The translations under genes were made by a program, and so were the position numbers. This document shows positions 17,979-31,749 of a DNA stretch of 64,000 nt, piece after piece; positions within the stretch are counted from its first letter, which is position 1, and each line of letters starts with the position of its first letter. Origin of the DNA: the human T2T-CHM13v2.0 reference genome, Homo sapiens; NCBI RefSeq assembly GCF_009914755.1, contig NC_060925.1. The stretch is one strand, 5' to 3'. The notes beneath the pieces are model-generated. The model was not told where the DNA came from, made no database searches, and saw only the letters and a program-made list of their open reading frames with translations.

Positions 17979-17984
17979 GTAAGT

Positions 17985-19910
17985 GACCTATAAAGTTGTT
18001 TATGGACTCCTGGGCTCATCTCCAAGCTTCATGCATGGATTCCATACTTAAAAAAAATCACAAAAATGCTTTAGAATTGAACTAAAACTAAATCACTGCC
18101 CAGGTCCCAGACTGGCCACTGTGTATGTTACATGCAGACCACATTCAAACAGCAAAGTAAAGATTTTGAAAACTATTATTGCAAACACAACACAAAAAAA
18201 GCTTGTCAGAACTTATAGCCTGATTCCAACTGGGTTGATTGACTTCTAAACTAGAAATATCAGTCTCCACAGAATTTAAGGAAGAAGCAGAACCTCATAA
18301 CATTATATACAAAATATCAAGATATAATCCAAAATTACTTGTAATGTGAAGAATCAGAAAAACACCTGATGTGAAAAAACCATCAATATTTGCCAAGACT
18401 GAAGTAACATAGATGTTGTAACTATTATTACAAGGGTTTTGTAAGCAACTATTTAAAAATGCCCCAAAAACCAAGGATGAATAAGAAATAACAACAATAA
18501 CATAACCTTCATGGTATGAGCTCATTAGAAAAGTGGAGATGAAAAAGGAAAGTCAGTGAACTTGAAAGTAGATCAATAGAAGTTATCCAGTATGGTCAAT
18601 AAATACAGATGATCAAAAAATAAACAGTGCTCTCAGAGACATACGGGACAATTGTAGAATATCTAAATTTTGTGTCATCAGAGTCCTAGAAAGAGAGGAA
18701 AACTGTGCAGAAAATAATAAAGAAATAATTGCCAAAAACTTTCTCAAATTAGTGAAACTTATAAACATACAGGTTCAAGAAGTTCAGAGAAACCCTAAAT
18801 AAGATAACCTCAAAGAAATCCACATCCAAACACACTTAATTAAACTATTGAAAACTAGAGAGAAAAAAGTCCCAAAGGCAGCCAGAGAAAAGTGAGGCTC
18901 CTAGAGGCAAAAACAATTGGAACAACTATGGATTTCTCATCACAATTCACGGAAGACAGAAACAAGTGGAACATTTTTCCTAAAATGCTGATGGAAATAA
19001 TTTCAATCTAATATTATATCCGTGAAAATATTCTTCATGCATGAACAGGAATCAAGGCAGGAATCAAGGCATTCTCAGATTACGGAAAATTCACTGTGTA
19101 TAGGCTTGCTCTAGAAAATTACTAAACAATGTCTTTAGGCAGAAAGAAAATGTTACCACCAGGAAACTTGGAACATCAAGGATGAAAAATAGTAGTAAAA
19201 ATGGTAAACGTATGGCTATATGGAATAAACTATTGTTCTCCTCTTTCGTTATTAAAATATGTTTTATGTTTAAAAGCAAATATTATAATTTTGTTGAATG
19301 TGTTTTAAATGTATGTGGATGTCATATATAAGACAGCAGTAATCTAAACTAGGGACAATAAAGGTACCTGTATGGTGATAAGGTTTCTATATTGTCCTCG
19401 AAGGGGTAAAATATTGAATCAAGTTTGATTTTGGAAAGTTAAATATGCATATAGTAATCATGATATCAAAGACTAAAAATAAATTGTACAAACAGCTATA
19501 ATAAAAAATATAGTTGACAAATTGAAATGAGATACAAAAAAGGTTGAAATAATCCCAAGGAAAGCAGGAAAGAGAAAACAGAGGAATCAAAAGAAAAAAA
19601 AAAGAAAGAAGAAATAGAGAGAACAAGAATAAAACAAATAAAAAAATGATAGAACTAAATTCAAATTAATTATATTAGAAGTTTAATTGGACAAGCTGAA
19701 GCACAAACATTAAAAGACAGATTGTCGGAATAGATTAAGAAATGCCCAACTGTATGTTATCTGTGAGAAACTTACTTTGAATATAATGATATTTGTAGGT
19801 TAAAAGTAAAAGGATAAAAATAAATACATATATCATGCAAATACTAATCAAAAGAATGATGGAGTGGCTATAGCAATATCAAACAAAGTAGATTTCAGAA
19901 CAAAGAATAA
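17985..19910 (+). mobile_element. Old L1M 5'/ORF1 region to start of ORF2
   Basis: A-rich degenerate ORF1 (AGTGAACTTGAA...GATCAATAGAA, GCAGCCAGAGAAAA) and EN start (GGAGTGGCTATA...ATCAAACAAAGTAGATTTCAGA). Confidence 0.7.
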
Positions 19911-19914
19911 ACAT

Positions 19915-20238
19915 AAATCACATCAAATTACTTTCTAGTTAAAAACCTTTGAATAGTTTCCAGTTCCTCAGAATCATATTCGAATCCCTTATCTTGACCT
20001 AACAAAAACCATCTAAAAACCATATTTATACTCCTACCCAGACACCTCTTATCCATTTATAAACTGTTTCACTTAATAGCTCTTAAAACTACCTGAAATT
20101 TTCTTATAAATTGTATTTGTTTATTCCCAGGATAATATAAACTCCATAACAGAAATGTCTTTGTCTGTCTTGTTCACTCTAATGTCCTTGGTGTCTATAA
20201 ACAGTGCTTGATATAGAATAGATATCCAATAAATAAAA
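19915..20238 (+). mobile_element. L2 3' end
   Basis: TAAACTCCAT...TGTCTTGTTCACT...ACAGTGCTTG...CAATAAAT. Confidence 0.65.
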
Positions 20239-23200
20239 TTTAGGTGCTTACATTAATTTTCTATGAATTCTTTTAAAAATGAGAATTTTTACCGTTATAT
20301 AATACTTATAAAGTCCCCGAACAACCACAAATATAATTTTACCACCACTTCTTGATTTTAAACTAATTGGCAGAAGTTTATCTTTCATTAGTGTTCTTCC
20401 ACAAGTAAAAATTTATTGACTTCATATGAATGTCTATGGATGATGTAAGGAGAATTCTCAAATGTTGATGCTTTTTACTCTGGGCAGTTCTTCACATTAT
20501 GAGGCTATGGATTTTCCAAATATGAGTGAAACAAGCAAAAATTACGTAAGCTTTCTTGAAAATCAGAAAACATTCTGAATTTTGTTCACTAATAAATTCC
20601 AAGAAAATTCAAGACAAACTGGTCTAATGTAATTAAAATAAACAAGAAGGACAAAGAAGAGTAGGAGGAGAAAAAGAGGGAGAAAAGTTATTAATAGCCT
20701 TGTAATTTTAAGTTTGGAGAATTACAGAATCTGAAATGGAGAGAAATTGAAAGGCTAATATTAACCTGATTCAGCTATATTTAATTTGGTAAACATATGA
20801 AAATGTGCTTTCAGATAGTAGGCAGTGAATGATTACAGATATATACAGGTCTGTTTGGCCAAGAATGAGTATACAGACGATCTCGGCATGCAGTGTCAGG
20901 TTGAAGTGCAAATAAATGTGAGATGCCAGAGCACTCATCACATTCTAGGCCTTCAGTAAATATTTGTTGAATGGATGAAAGGTAAACTAAATACATATTT
21001 TTAGAGATTTTTGGAGGCTGCTTTCCTGTGGACTCAGAACTGTTACTTCACATTTTTTTCCTATAAAGATATTCTGCTTCTCTTCTCTCAGAGGTAAACA
21101 TGAAACCCAGCCTCACCAATGATAATTATCACTCAGATGTACACAGTGACTCTTCAAGGGATAAGCACATAATCCAAGTTAAGCAAATCAACATTTTCTG
21201 TAGAAATATTTAATTTGGAACTGAGAAAAGCACATTTTCTGATGTGGTTTTTTTCTTCTGTTTTGCTTTGGAGTTTTGAGATTGTGAATAGTGTGTTGCG
21301 AGTTGTCACACCTCCTTCAATACATGCTGATCATCAGAGAATAAGCATGACATATAGAAATAAACCAAAATATCACATGTTGGGGAACCACCTCCCCCCA
21401 ATTCATGTTCTTTTCATTTGAAAAAGAAAATTCAATTAATGTAACTCAAAGTCTCTTCTATCCTCCTACACAGAAAAATAGAATGACTCATCCACTGACG
21501 TGTTTGGAAAGATTAAATTGGACATACTCATTTCAGCTCTACAACTTTTTCTGGAATGGAGCAGCTTGTAAGAGGTATGAAAAGAATTCCACCATCATTG
21601 CCTGTGACTGGAAGATAAGTCTGTCTAAATCAGTGGTTCACTTAACAAGTCCACTTGGCTGTGCTATCTAAGCTATATCTTTCAACTTAGCATTATCAGT
21701 AATAATGTTGACTGCCATGACTTATTCTCAATTGATTCAGTAACTTGACTGATAAGAGGAGTAGCAAGTGCTTGGTCTTTTCAGAATATCACAGAAAGTA
21801 AAGCCTAGAGAAACAATTTTCTTGCTGTTTAAATTTTTGATCCTCTCTATCCTTCAGGCCAGCTATCACCCTACTTATAGGTAGAATAAATATGCTAATA
21901 CATCTCTTCTCTTCTCAATTGAATTCCATTTGTATTTCTGTCACATGCTAAATTGATAAACCTGAAGAAAATGATCATGTTTATTCATTATGTTCTCTTG
22001 CACAGACTAGTTAAAATATCACCATATTTATATAATGAGAGTGATAGGTTGGCTTACTTTTCTCATATGAACTCTAAATATATAATGTTATCAGTGCCAA
22101 AATGTAAATCTGTTTTCTTTCTTCGTGGGACTCACAAATGTGGTATGCTTGAGCGCAATATTTACTTTATAGACTTTAATACCGTTTTTAGTATAAATTG
22201 AAAAACAAATATTTTATAAGCTACCATTTTCTGAAATACAGGTCCTTTTGCCTAGTGCCTCAAATGATCGGAATAAATATGAATTGTTCTCATATTCACC
22301 AATTCTATTAATCATTGATAATACGTGTAATTGTCATCAAAGAATGTTTTCTCAGGCTCATTTATTTCTAATTTTTTCCAGATGCTTATTTCTTTATTTG
22401 AGTATAACTTGCCTGACACAATTTGCTTGTGTATTATCAATGTGCATAAATAATAACATTGATCGATGTAGCATTTCCACAAATTTTATTGTTTGATTAA
22501 AATTTTACTTTGGAAACATTATGAACAAACTTACAGAATTTATTAATCTAATTGTGATGTTTTAGATGTCATATTTATAATTTTTACCAATAAAATTTCC
22601 TAAAATCTTCCTTAAATTCATGAAAAATTGTGTACTGATATTTGACCAACATTAACTATATATTCACGGTTACAAATAATACTTGTATAGCTGTTCTTGG
22701 CCATTTTAGGAGTCACAGACTAATTTGAATGTCTAGAGAAAGCTCTCTCTCCCTTCTCTACATTATTACACATTTATAGATTTTAAAAAATGTATTGACT
22801 TTCCTGATGCCCACCCATACACCATTTTTAATTTACACATCCCGAGGTAAGGAAAGAACGTCAGGCAAGTATATGATATGGGCACTTGCCTTATTCAAAC
22901 TTCAGCTTATATTTGTATAATCTTTTTCCTAATGTAGTTGTGAAAACTTTACCAAGGTAGCAAATATAGTGTTGAACTTTTCCTTTCATTCTCTTGGTTC
23001 AATTTTATGTATATGCTTTAGGTTTTCTCATCTTGGTAACAAGCAACTTATATCAATTGCAAAAAAAAATCTGTCTTTTGATTGGTAATGTCTCAAAATT
23101 TACTGTTGGAACCTTCATCTGCAGCATTTCTGAAATGTAAAAATTCTGGTTACAAGTAGCTATTGTATTGATCCATATAAAGCTGAAACATTCAACTTAG

Positions 23201-23969
23201 AGTCTGCTAAGTTGTTACTTCTTATTTTGGTATAAGAATGACTTTTCTCTCTGTAAACTTCTCTTCAGGACATCATTAATTATTCTGCATGTTCTAAGAT
23301 ATGTGCTATGGAATGGAAGTGGATTTATTTTGCAGCCTGAATTAAGGTAAAGTGAGAGGAGCCTTCAAATTGGTAGAATCTGAAAATGTTTCTCTCTTGC
23401 ATGATGGTTTTGCCTGTCTTACAGTCATCACCTATTTACTGCATCAGCCTGAGATTTTACTACCATAAAACTTCATGTCCAGTACCTTAAGGATTACATT
23501 AGCACAAAGCTAATTTTATTGTTTTGAAATTATCATTGGGACAAGCAGAATGTTCTCCCTACTCTGAATAGTTTTCAACAGTGAATTAATTGCCAAAGAA
23601 TTCTTAGTGCAACCATCTAGTTGTTGACAGTAATTAAGCTTAAGTATTTCTTGGATTTACTAAGTGCCGATTGTATGCATCAAAAAGTCCTAATTCCTCA
23701 GCCAAGATTTCAGAATCTTCATATTCTGTTGCCAGTAAACTTATCCAAACTTATTTTTTATCTACTTAAAAAAGTTACCTTAAATGATCAGCAAATTTAA
23801 CATCCCCTATTTATTAAATGTGTTACTTTTGCCAAGCAATGGGTTAAGTGTTTTATTTTTATATGCTATATACTCTTTGAAATAAGAACTATTATCATTC
23901 CCATTGTACATATAAAGACTAATAGGTCAGACAAGATGAGACACATTCATGGTGGTATGGCCATAGACA

Positions 23970-24580
23970 GAAGGGTAAATTAGTTTAACTGTTGTGGAAG
24001 ACAGTGTGGCGATTCCTCAAAGACCTAGATGCAGAAATAGCATTTGACGCAGCAATCCCATTACTGGTTATATACCCAAAGGAATATAAATGATTCTGAT
24101 ATAACGATACATGCATGTGTATGTCCATTGCAGCACTATTCACAATAGCAAAAACATGGAATCAACCTAAATACCTATTGATGATAGACTGGATAAAGAA
24201 AATGTGGTGCATATACACTACAGAATACCATGCAGACATAAAAAGGAACAAGATTATGCCTTTTGCAGAAACATGGATGGAGCTGGAAGCCATTATCTTC
24301 AGCATACTCATGCAAGAACAGAAAACCAAATACTGCATGTTCTCACTTATAAGCGGTAGCTGAATTGTGAGAACACACGGACACATCAGGGGTGGGGCCT
24401 GTCGGAGGTTGGGGTGTTGGAGGAGGGAGAGCATCAGGAAGAATAGCTATTGGATGCTGGGCTTAATACATCATTGATGGGAAGATCTGTGCAGCAAACC
24501 ACCAAGGCAGACATTTACCTATGTAACAAACCTGCACATCCTGCTCATGTGCTCCTGAACTTAAAATAAAAGTTGGAAAT
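23970..24580 (+). mobile_element. 5'-truncated L1, L1PA12/13-like 3' end
   Basis: ORF2 tail (track ORF 24115-24363) and 3'UTR GGGAGAGCATCAGGAAGAATAGCTA...CTTAAAATAAAAGTTG. Confidence 0.85.
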
Positions 24581-24889
24581 TTTTTTAAAAAAGATACGTA
24601 GGGCTAAATGGGTAAAGTGAATTTTCTAAGATCACAAAAACACTCTTGCCCACTTCAATACAAAAAATATGAATGATGTTTGTTGGACTGATTCAATGAT
24701 GGATCCTAAAAATATGCCAGTTTTAGTGTGTTTGATATTCTTTATTTGTTCTTCCAATCTAGTATCCACCATTCTTACCTTCCTTGTTTCATGGGTATGA
24801 ATGCGGTGACGTTATGAATGACATTAACTGATTTCTCTTGATTTCTAGCTTCCTGTTGTGGTCAGCTAATAGTGTCACTGAAAGAGATC

Positions 24890-26530
24890 TAGGCTACCAT
24901 GAAGCTATTCTGCCAGTTTGTCATTGTGGCACAGTAGATCTAATGGTATTGAAAGTACCTATTGTAGATAAGAATGCTGTAAGGAGCCATGAGCAGGACT
25001 CTATAAGGGAAATAAATGTAAATTTTTAGGGTTTCAAAGCAAAGTTGTACCATTCTGCTTCTACAAAATAGCCGCTGGCTTGACTATGAGCCAGCCAGGT
25101 TACCATGGGACCTGATATGCTCAGCATAAACTGAGTGTTGTCTAATCCAATATACTGTAAGATTGGCAAGCAGACTCAGTAGCATCCCATCATTAAATGG
25201 AAGTGCTATATATGCTATTGGGCTTGAAGAGATTCTGAGGGAATAAGTAAGTCATGTGACCAAATGGCACATGACCAAATTCCCATGCCTCCTACTCTAA
25301 GTTGCCTCCTCCCTATAAATCTGCAACTATGGACTCCTAGGTGATACCTATAATAGGTTGACTGGGAAAAAAATAATAGGTCTGGTTGACAGATTATTTT
25401 TTACAAATATGCTATTACCTCTTGTAAATAGGTGGCTGAAGTATTATTTGCCTCTTCATGATGTCTCCAAGAAAAAGGATCAGAGATTTAAGCCTTGCTG
25501 AAAGCTAAGCATTTTGCTCACAGAGAGAGAGAACTAGCAAATGAATTTACACTGAGTATTGAGAGTGGCTAATATTTTGGCTGGATAATCAGAGAACTGA
25601 AAAAACAAAGTTGGAAAGTTTGGAGGTCTAGGAAAGAAGGTCTAGGGAAGAGGTACATATTAGACATCTCCGAATGGGCATAGAGTGTGAAGCTACTTGG
25701 GTTTCATGAGCAGCTCACTAAGAAGCAACCATAGAAGAGTAAAATGTTAATAATCAGGTGGACAAGTTGAAATGTTCTGTAATAGGTGCTGATCTTTTCC
25801 TTGTCATATAGACTCACAAACAAAGCAGCATGGTGTTGGGAATGGAGGTTTTGCATGGGTTCAGCAACAGGAATATTCACTTGCTAAACCCTTCCCACAC
25901 TGCCAGGGGCAGAGGCAAATACTGCATTCCCAACATGGCATCACTGCCCTGGAAATACGGGAAAAAAATCATCCAGCCACTTCTATCATGAAAAGAGAAA
26001 TGCTTACTTTTCTTTGAAATAATCCTTTGCTCTGGATACAAATTTGCCTTTTTTGTTAGCAATGCTTATGCACAAGTCACCTTCTGTGGTCTTTGAAATA
26101 TCTTTTTCAACATTATAGAATTACACATAGCATTACTTTTGACTGGGAAACTTCTGTTAGAGCAAATCATGTACGGCAATAGACTCAAAATCATGGAATT
26201 TAGTGGTCTTACCATGTTTCCCATCTGTAGCCTGAGATGGAAATAGAACGGCCTTAAGAAGGCATAGTTTTAATGCTAGCTGTATTGGCAACACCTTTTG
26301 GGGCCGAAGTAATGTCAAATGTTCTCCCAGAAGAGCTATATGCTCCAAATCAGCATCAAATATGGTATAATTTCTTCCATAGACAGAAATCATAGGTAAA
26401 GGAATCAAGATGTCACTATTCTCACTATTACTATTGGTGATTATTTTATTTTTGTGAAATGTTTGCTTCCCATTTTCACAATTTGGGGGTCTACTGATTT
26501 TGAAGTTTTAGTTCCCAAAGAGGAATGCTT
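24890..26530 (+). mobile_element. ERVL-class internal (pol: RT/RNaseH/integrase) fossil
   Basis: CAGTAGCATCCCATCATTAAATGGAAGTGCTATATA resembles the ERVL QQHSIIKWKWYI motif. Also AATAATCAGGTGGACAAG and TGGTCTTACCATGTT. Many stops. Possible LTR remnant at 24720-24880. Confidence 0.7.
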
Positions 26531-26629
26531 TAATGAGGGTACCAAGCTTCAGGTATGTATTTGTTATATCGCTGGAATAGGAAAAACTGTCAGCAGAGGA
26601 GGCTGAGAGAACTACAGATTTAACTGAAA

Positions 26630-26706
26630 AAGAGAGAGAGAGAAAGAGAGGTGATAAAAGGAAGGAAGGAAGGGAGGGAGGGATGGAGGGAAGAAGGAGG
26701 GAGGAG
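26630..26706. repeat. GA-rich low-complexity tract
   Basis: (GA)n and (GGAA/GGGA)n. Confidence 0.9.
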
Positions 26707-27321
26707 CTTAAAGAAATAAGTGGTGGTCAAGTATGGAAGATTTTGTTTTTCCTATTGAGCAATGATTCACCATTTTTAGGTACCTAAAGATTTTTCATTG
26801 AGGATGACCCTGCAGTTGGTACTGTACAACCAGTAGTCAGGCAGTTATTCAAGGTGCTCATCATGCCCTTACCCTAGGAAATGTATGGCTTTATAACCCA
26901 AACTGGATTACAAAGGCTGGAAAGGTCAATTCAACCTTGCCCCTGTAACTTTAAACCTTTCCAGAAAAACATGTAGATGGGAAATTGTCATTAATTTTTC
27001 TTTATTATTTTATTGACAATGTACTGAACAGATAGTTACTAGTTTTTGCTACTTATATCTAACAAGCATCCATGGTTTCACTTCTTTTCTGGAACATAGG
27101 TAGTTAACATTTCTTTTAATTTTATGAAATATATTTATTTTTGCACTTTGCTGAAATCACCTGGGTAATTTTTTATGGCTTACAAACACTGAATTAAAAG
27201 ATTACCTAAAATGAGGATAATATATAGAATTTGGCAACTTGTAAACTAGCATTGATCTTGAAAAAAGATGTTTGACTTGTTTCATGAGTACTGACATGAG
27301 GTTAGAAATTGAGGAAATGCA

Positions 27322-27614
27322 GGCCAGGCCCGGTGGCTCGTGCCTGTAATCTCAGCACTTTGGGAGGCCGAGGCGGGCGGATCACGAGGTCAGGAGATCA
27401 GGACCATCCTGACTAACACGGTGAAACTCCATCTCTACTAAAAATACAAAAAATCAGCCAGGCGTGGTGGCGGGCGCCTGTAGTCCCAGATACTCAGGAG
27501 GTTGAGGCAGAGCTTGCAGCGAGCTGAGATCGTGCCACTGCACTCCAGCCTGGGTGACAGAGAGAGACTCTGTCTCAAAAAAAAAAAAAAAAAAAAAAAA
27601 AAAAGAAAGGAAAA
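27322..27614 (+). mobile_element. AluY with ~26-bp internal deletion
   Basis: CCATCCTGACTAACACGGTG and GAGCTTGCAG diagnostics. TSD AGAAATTGAGGAAAT at 27304 and 27615. Confidence 0.93.
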
Positions 27615-27678
27615 AGAAATTGAGGAAATAAAGACATTGAGTACAAACTTTTTTGAGAAATCTTTCTGTGAAGGAGAG

Positions 27679-28105
27679 TGACTTAGTCCAAATTGTGCTG
27701 CTATAAGAGAATACTTTAGACTGGGTAATTAATAAAGAACAGAAGTGTATTTAGCTCATGGTTCTGAAGTCTGGGAAGTTCAAGATTGGGTGGCAGCATT
27801 TGGCAGTTGGTGGTGAGGCCTTCTCCTGTGCCAAAATATGACAGAGAAATGGAAGGGGAACCAGCCACATGGGAAAAGTTCAAAACAGGAGCAGCACACT
27901 TGCTTATAACAACCTGCTCTCACAGGAACCAATGCATTCCGGTAAGAAGAAAAATTCTCTTCCACCTGTGAGATGGCATTAATCTATTCAGAAGGGCAGT
28001 GCCCTCATAATCCAAACAAACCCCACTATGCCCTACTCCACCACTGCCAGACTGGGGGTAAAATTTCAACATGAGTTTTAGAGGAGACACACTCAAACCA
28101 TAACA
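27679..28105 (-). mobile_element. MaLR solo LTR (MSTC/MSTD-like) inserted in L2
   Basis: TG...CA ends. TGCTGCTATAA, GCTCATGGTTCTG and TTTCAACATGAG motifs. 5-bp TSD GAGAG/GGGAG. Confidence 0.8.
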
Positions 28106-28415
28106 GGGAGCAAAGAGATTGCGCGGGAGTTGAAGAAAGAAGTTATATCAAAGAGAGATTTATTTCCCTTTTTTTCTTTCAAATAAAAGAGCAGAATGTG
28201 TTTTTGTATTGATATAAACAAAATTTTAGTCTTTTTTTCAAAATTAATAAACCTTACAAATTTAAAACATAAAGGTCTTTAATTAAACATAGAAATCGTA
28301 TGCTTTTATTTATGAATCTTGCAAGTTTTAACATTCACTGTTAATATTCACTGTTACTTTGAGTAAGCCTACAGCCTAACTCCCATGTTTTTAATAATGA
28401 GACTGATTGAATTAG

Positions 28416-28958
28416 TGTAATAGGCCTGTGTGCTCGGTTTTTCCATCAGCTCAGATTTGCATGCTTGCTTTGCTTTCTAGCCTGAGCAGCTTCAGCAACA
28501 GTTTGTGCTGTTCCCATGACACTGAAACCTAATCACTGCATTGCCAGATTGAGGAGCCCACTACTGGAGCTGCTCAGACACCCCCCAGTTGCTCCTCTGA
28601 GAATACAGTCCCCCAACTCTTGCCGTCTGCCTTCAGGCTCTCCTTGGACTGTGGCAGCAGATGCCAAGAATACCCTCTGGAACCTACAAGCAAAGCCTCA
28701 GTGGAGTTCATGGCTGGCGGAGTAGACTTTGGGCAATGAGAGACAGGAGTCTGTGGATAAATTCTTTTCCCTTCCAATTGCCAGATAGACTGGTTGGAGC
28801 TATGGTAGTTCTATATAACTCCACATAACATTTTCTCTTTCTCTATCTCACTTTCATTTTCCTTTATTTCTGTTTCCTAAATAATGCAGTCCATGCCGCA
28901 GGGTTATCCCCTAAGATTATGCCTCAAGTCTGTTTTCTGGGAAATGAATCCTATGACA
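28416..28958 (+). mobile_element. ERVL LTR, LTR16-like
   Basis: TG start. GGCAATGAGAGACAGGAG...GGATAAATTC. End CTCAAGTCTGTTTTCTGGGAA...TATGACA. Confidence 0.65.
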
Positions 28959-29579
28959 GCAAGAATGTCATAAATATGACATGCACGTAAAATTCCATAT
29001 TTGCACAGATTTCTTAAAAAATGTTTTAACTTTCATTCTCTTAAGTATTTGTATATGTAAATCTAAATTTTCTTCTGGATAAAATATGTTTAACCACTAC
29101 ACAGATCATTCTTATGATCACCCACATTTTGAGGAACATTTACCATATATTTTGGGGAATTACTTTCTAAATTTGCATAACTTCCTTGAAGACCATTTTT
29201 GATAACCGTGATGAAGATTAAATTCTGGATTAAATTCTGGTTTTCTAGCACTGATAGGATTTACTAGCCAAATTTATAGTCTATAATGGATAAACAATAA
29301 TTCAAAGAAAGTAGTGGCCATACAGCCATGCCTCTGCGTGTCATATATGTATACTATGTTTTTTCTTCTCTTAACCCTGGCTGCTGTATTATTTGATTGG
29401 ATTTATATTTCTTTAGATTTTTAGATATTTTAAGTCTTCTCTCATAGCTCAAAAACATGCTTGCTCTTGGTGAAAACGCTTTTCTTTTTATTTTCTTACC
29501 TGTTAAAGCCATAAAATCTATAAATCTTTGAGATTCTCACTTGGCTTTGCCTGATTACATAATTGTAGAGCTCTAATAA

Positions 29580-29772
29580 AATCCTTCCCAAACTTAAGCG
29601 TATATGAGAATCATCAGGGATTACTGTTAACACATGGATTGTTGAACCTAGTCCCCAGGGTTTTTGATTCAGTAGGTTTGGGGATGGGGCCAAGAATTTT
29701 AATTTCTTACAAATTCCAAGAGGATACTGGTGTTTCTGGACTGCCAATTTAACCTTGGAAACTACTGTTCTA
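29580..29772. mobile_element. MER5A hAT-Charlie DNA transposon
   Basis: CCCAAACTT...GAATCA...TGATTCAGTAGGT...GGGGCCAAGAATTT...TACAAATTCC...AACTACTG. Confidence 0.75.
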
Positions 29773-29949
29773 AAATAATGTCAATGACATGTACCTTAAG
29801 AAATCTTACTACAGAATTTTAAGTTAAAAGTGGCCACATACTCCTGTCTCTCATTGACTAAAGTTTATGCTATCAGCCATGAACTCCAAGGCTTTGCTTA
29901 TATAAGGATATTGATATGGGATAGTCAAGTAGACAAGCAAAACAGAAAA

Positions 29950-30450
29950 ATCTATGGGGAAAAAATGTAACAGGATATTTGATGATATAAAATTACATTT
30001 CTTTCTCAAATAAGACACAATAAATATAAAGACTGACCAATTTAACCTTTTTATTATAACTACTCTGCTTGATAAAGTTTTCCATAATTAAATTGAATTG
30101 ACATTTTCAAGTATTGAGTGAATATTTGCAACACATATAACTAACAGTAGAATAATATTCAAAATAGAGACCCAACTTATATGTCACAAACAAAATTATC
30201 AATTACTCAATAGAAAAATAGAAAATGAATATAAAAATTAAATATATAGGAGTAAATATCCCAAGTTTCTACGAAGCTAAAGAGATAATCACATTAATAA
30301 GAAGAATGCAAACTAAAGTGGCAAGACACTGCTCCACATTCATAGATCAGTGAAAATTTCACAAATTTTTTTTACATCAAGTATTGATAAAAATGAGGAG
30401 AAACACTTTAATATTGCAAGTAGGATTATTACTTGAATTATAACTTTAAT
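29950..30450 (+). mobile_element. Ancient L1ME fragment
   Basis: Degenerate ORF2 3' motifs (ATATTTGCAACACATATAACT, GAATGCAAACTAAA). Confidence 0.5.
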
Positions 30451-30879
30451 GGAACATAGGGAGAGTTTTTTGTTTATTTTTTAGCCATTCTGGTGGGTGG
30501 GTAGTGATATCTCAATGTGGTTTAATTGTTGGGTTTTGATGACTGTCTAATGATTGTTAAATAATTTAAAATTTTCATTGATGTACTACATTTATAAAAT
30601 AAGCATAGCTACATAAATTCAATGAACAAGTTTAGTCTTAAGATCAAGCTTTGTGGTAAAAGTTGAACTCTAAAATACTAAATAAGACATGGTTGGTGCT
30701 ATATTCATTATTACTCATACACATTTTGGAATAATTTTGTGGGTGTCTTGGAAATGCATGTGTCTGTACAGAGGTTGAGATCATAATTCTTGTTAGAGGT
30801 GTTGAATTTTCTTATATGAACTGACAATGCTAGAATATCTTTGCAAGCTATAATGATTTAAGTAATGTAGATGTTTGTA

Positions 30880-31580
30880 CTGGTAACAATATTTATTGAG
30901 GATTTACAAACTGCTACTAAGTTATGTGATTTTAATGATTAATTTGTTTATCTCTTATAACAACAGTATTAGGTTTCTTTTTCTTCAACAACCCATATAG
31001 AACTTACCATGTGCTAGGCACAGTTTTCAGAACTTTACGCCACTAAACCCCTTCAATATTCATAACCACACTGTTGGGTAGTACTGTTATATGTATTTTG
31101 CACCTTTTTAAAGGGAGCCACAGAGGTTTGAGCAGGTAACATGCTTCACACACTACTAATAACGTGAGAGCCAGAGTTCAAAACCAGCAGTCTGGCTGCA
31201 AACTCTGTTCACATAACTCCTATGCCAAACGTCCTATGAAAAAATAATTCTAACACAAACAAGAAGAACAAGGCCAATATAAATCAGTAGCGTTAAAAAG
31301 CAAACTCTAAAGTAGGCAGTTTCATTCCCAAATTTGTTCTTTTAACCATGCACAGTGGCTAATAATAGTTTTCATAATAATAGCTAATGTATAATCAGAA
31401 GTCATGATGCTCCAATCACTGCACTCAACACTTCACATGAATTATCTCATTTAATACTTAAAAAGTGAAGTATACCTAATACTTAAAACAGTATTATTCA
31501 TATTTTACAGATAAGAAAACTGGGCATTAAAGCAAATTAAGCAATTTACACAGGTTATAAAACTGGTGATTTTCCTAACC
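30880..31580 (-). mobile_element. Cluster of MIR elements
   Basis: CTTACCATGTGCTAGGCAC, TTTTACAGATAAGAAAACTGGG and GAGTTCAAAACCAG..GTCTGGCT cores. Confidence 0.7.
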
Positions 31581-31749
31581 AAATACAGACACAATTATGC
31601 TATATAGTTCAAAATTTATTTTAAATTCTACAACCCTAGGTTCAGATAAAACAACAACATTGGTAATACAAACATTCAAAAATTCCTCTTTTAAAACTTC
31701 TGTTGACAACTCCTTTTTGTTGGATACATCATAAAAAATTTGTTATGAT

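Noticed and set aside
26157-26408. 83-aa minus-strand ORF
   Set aside because: Antisense to a degenerate ERVL integrase region.
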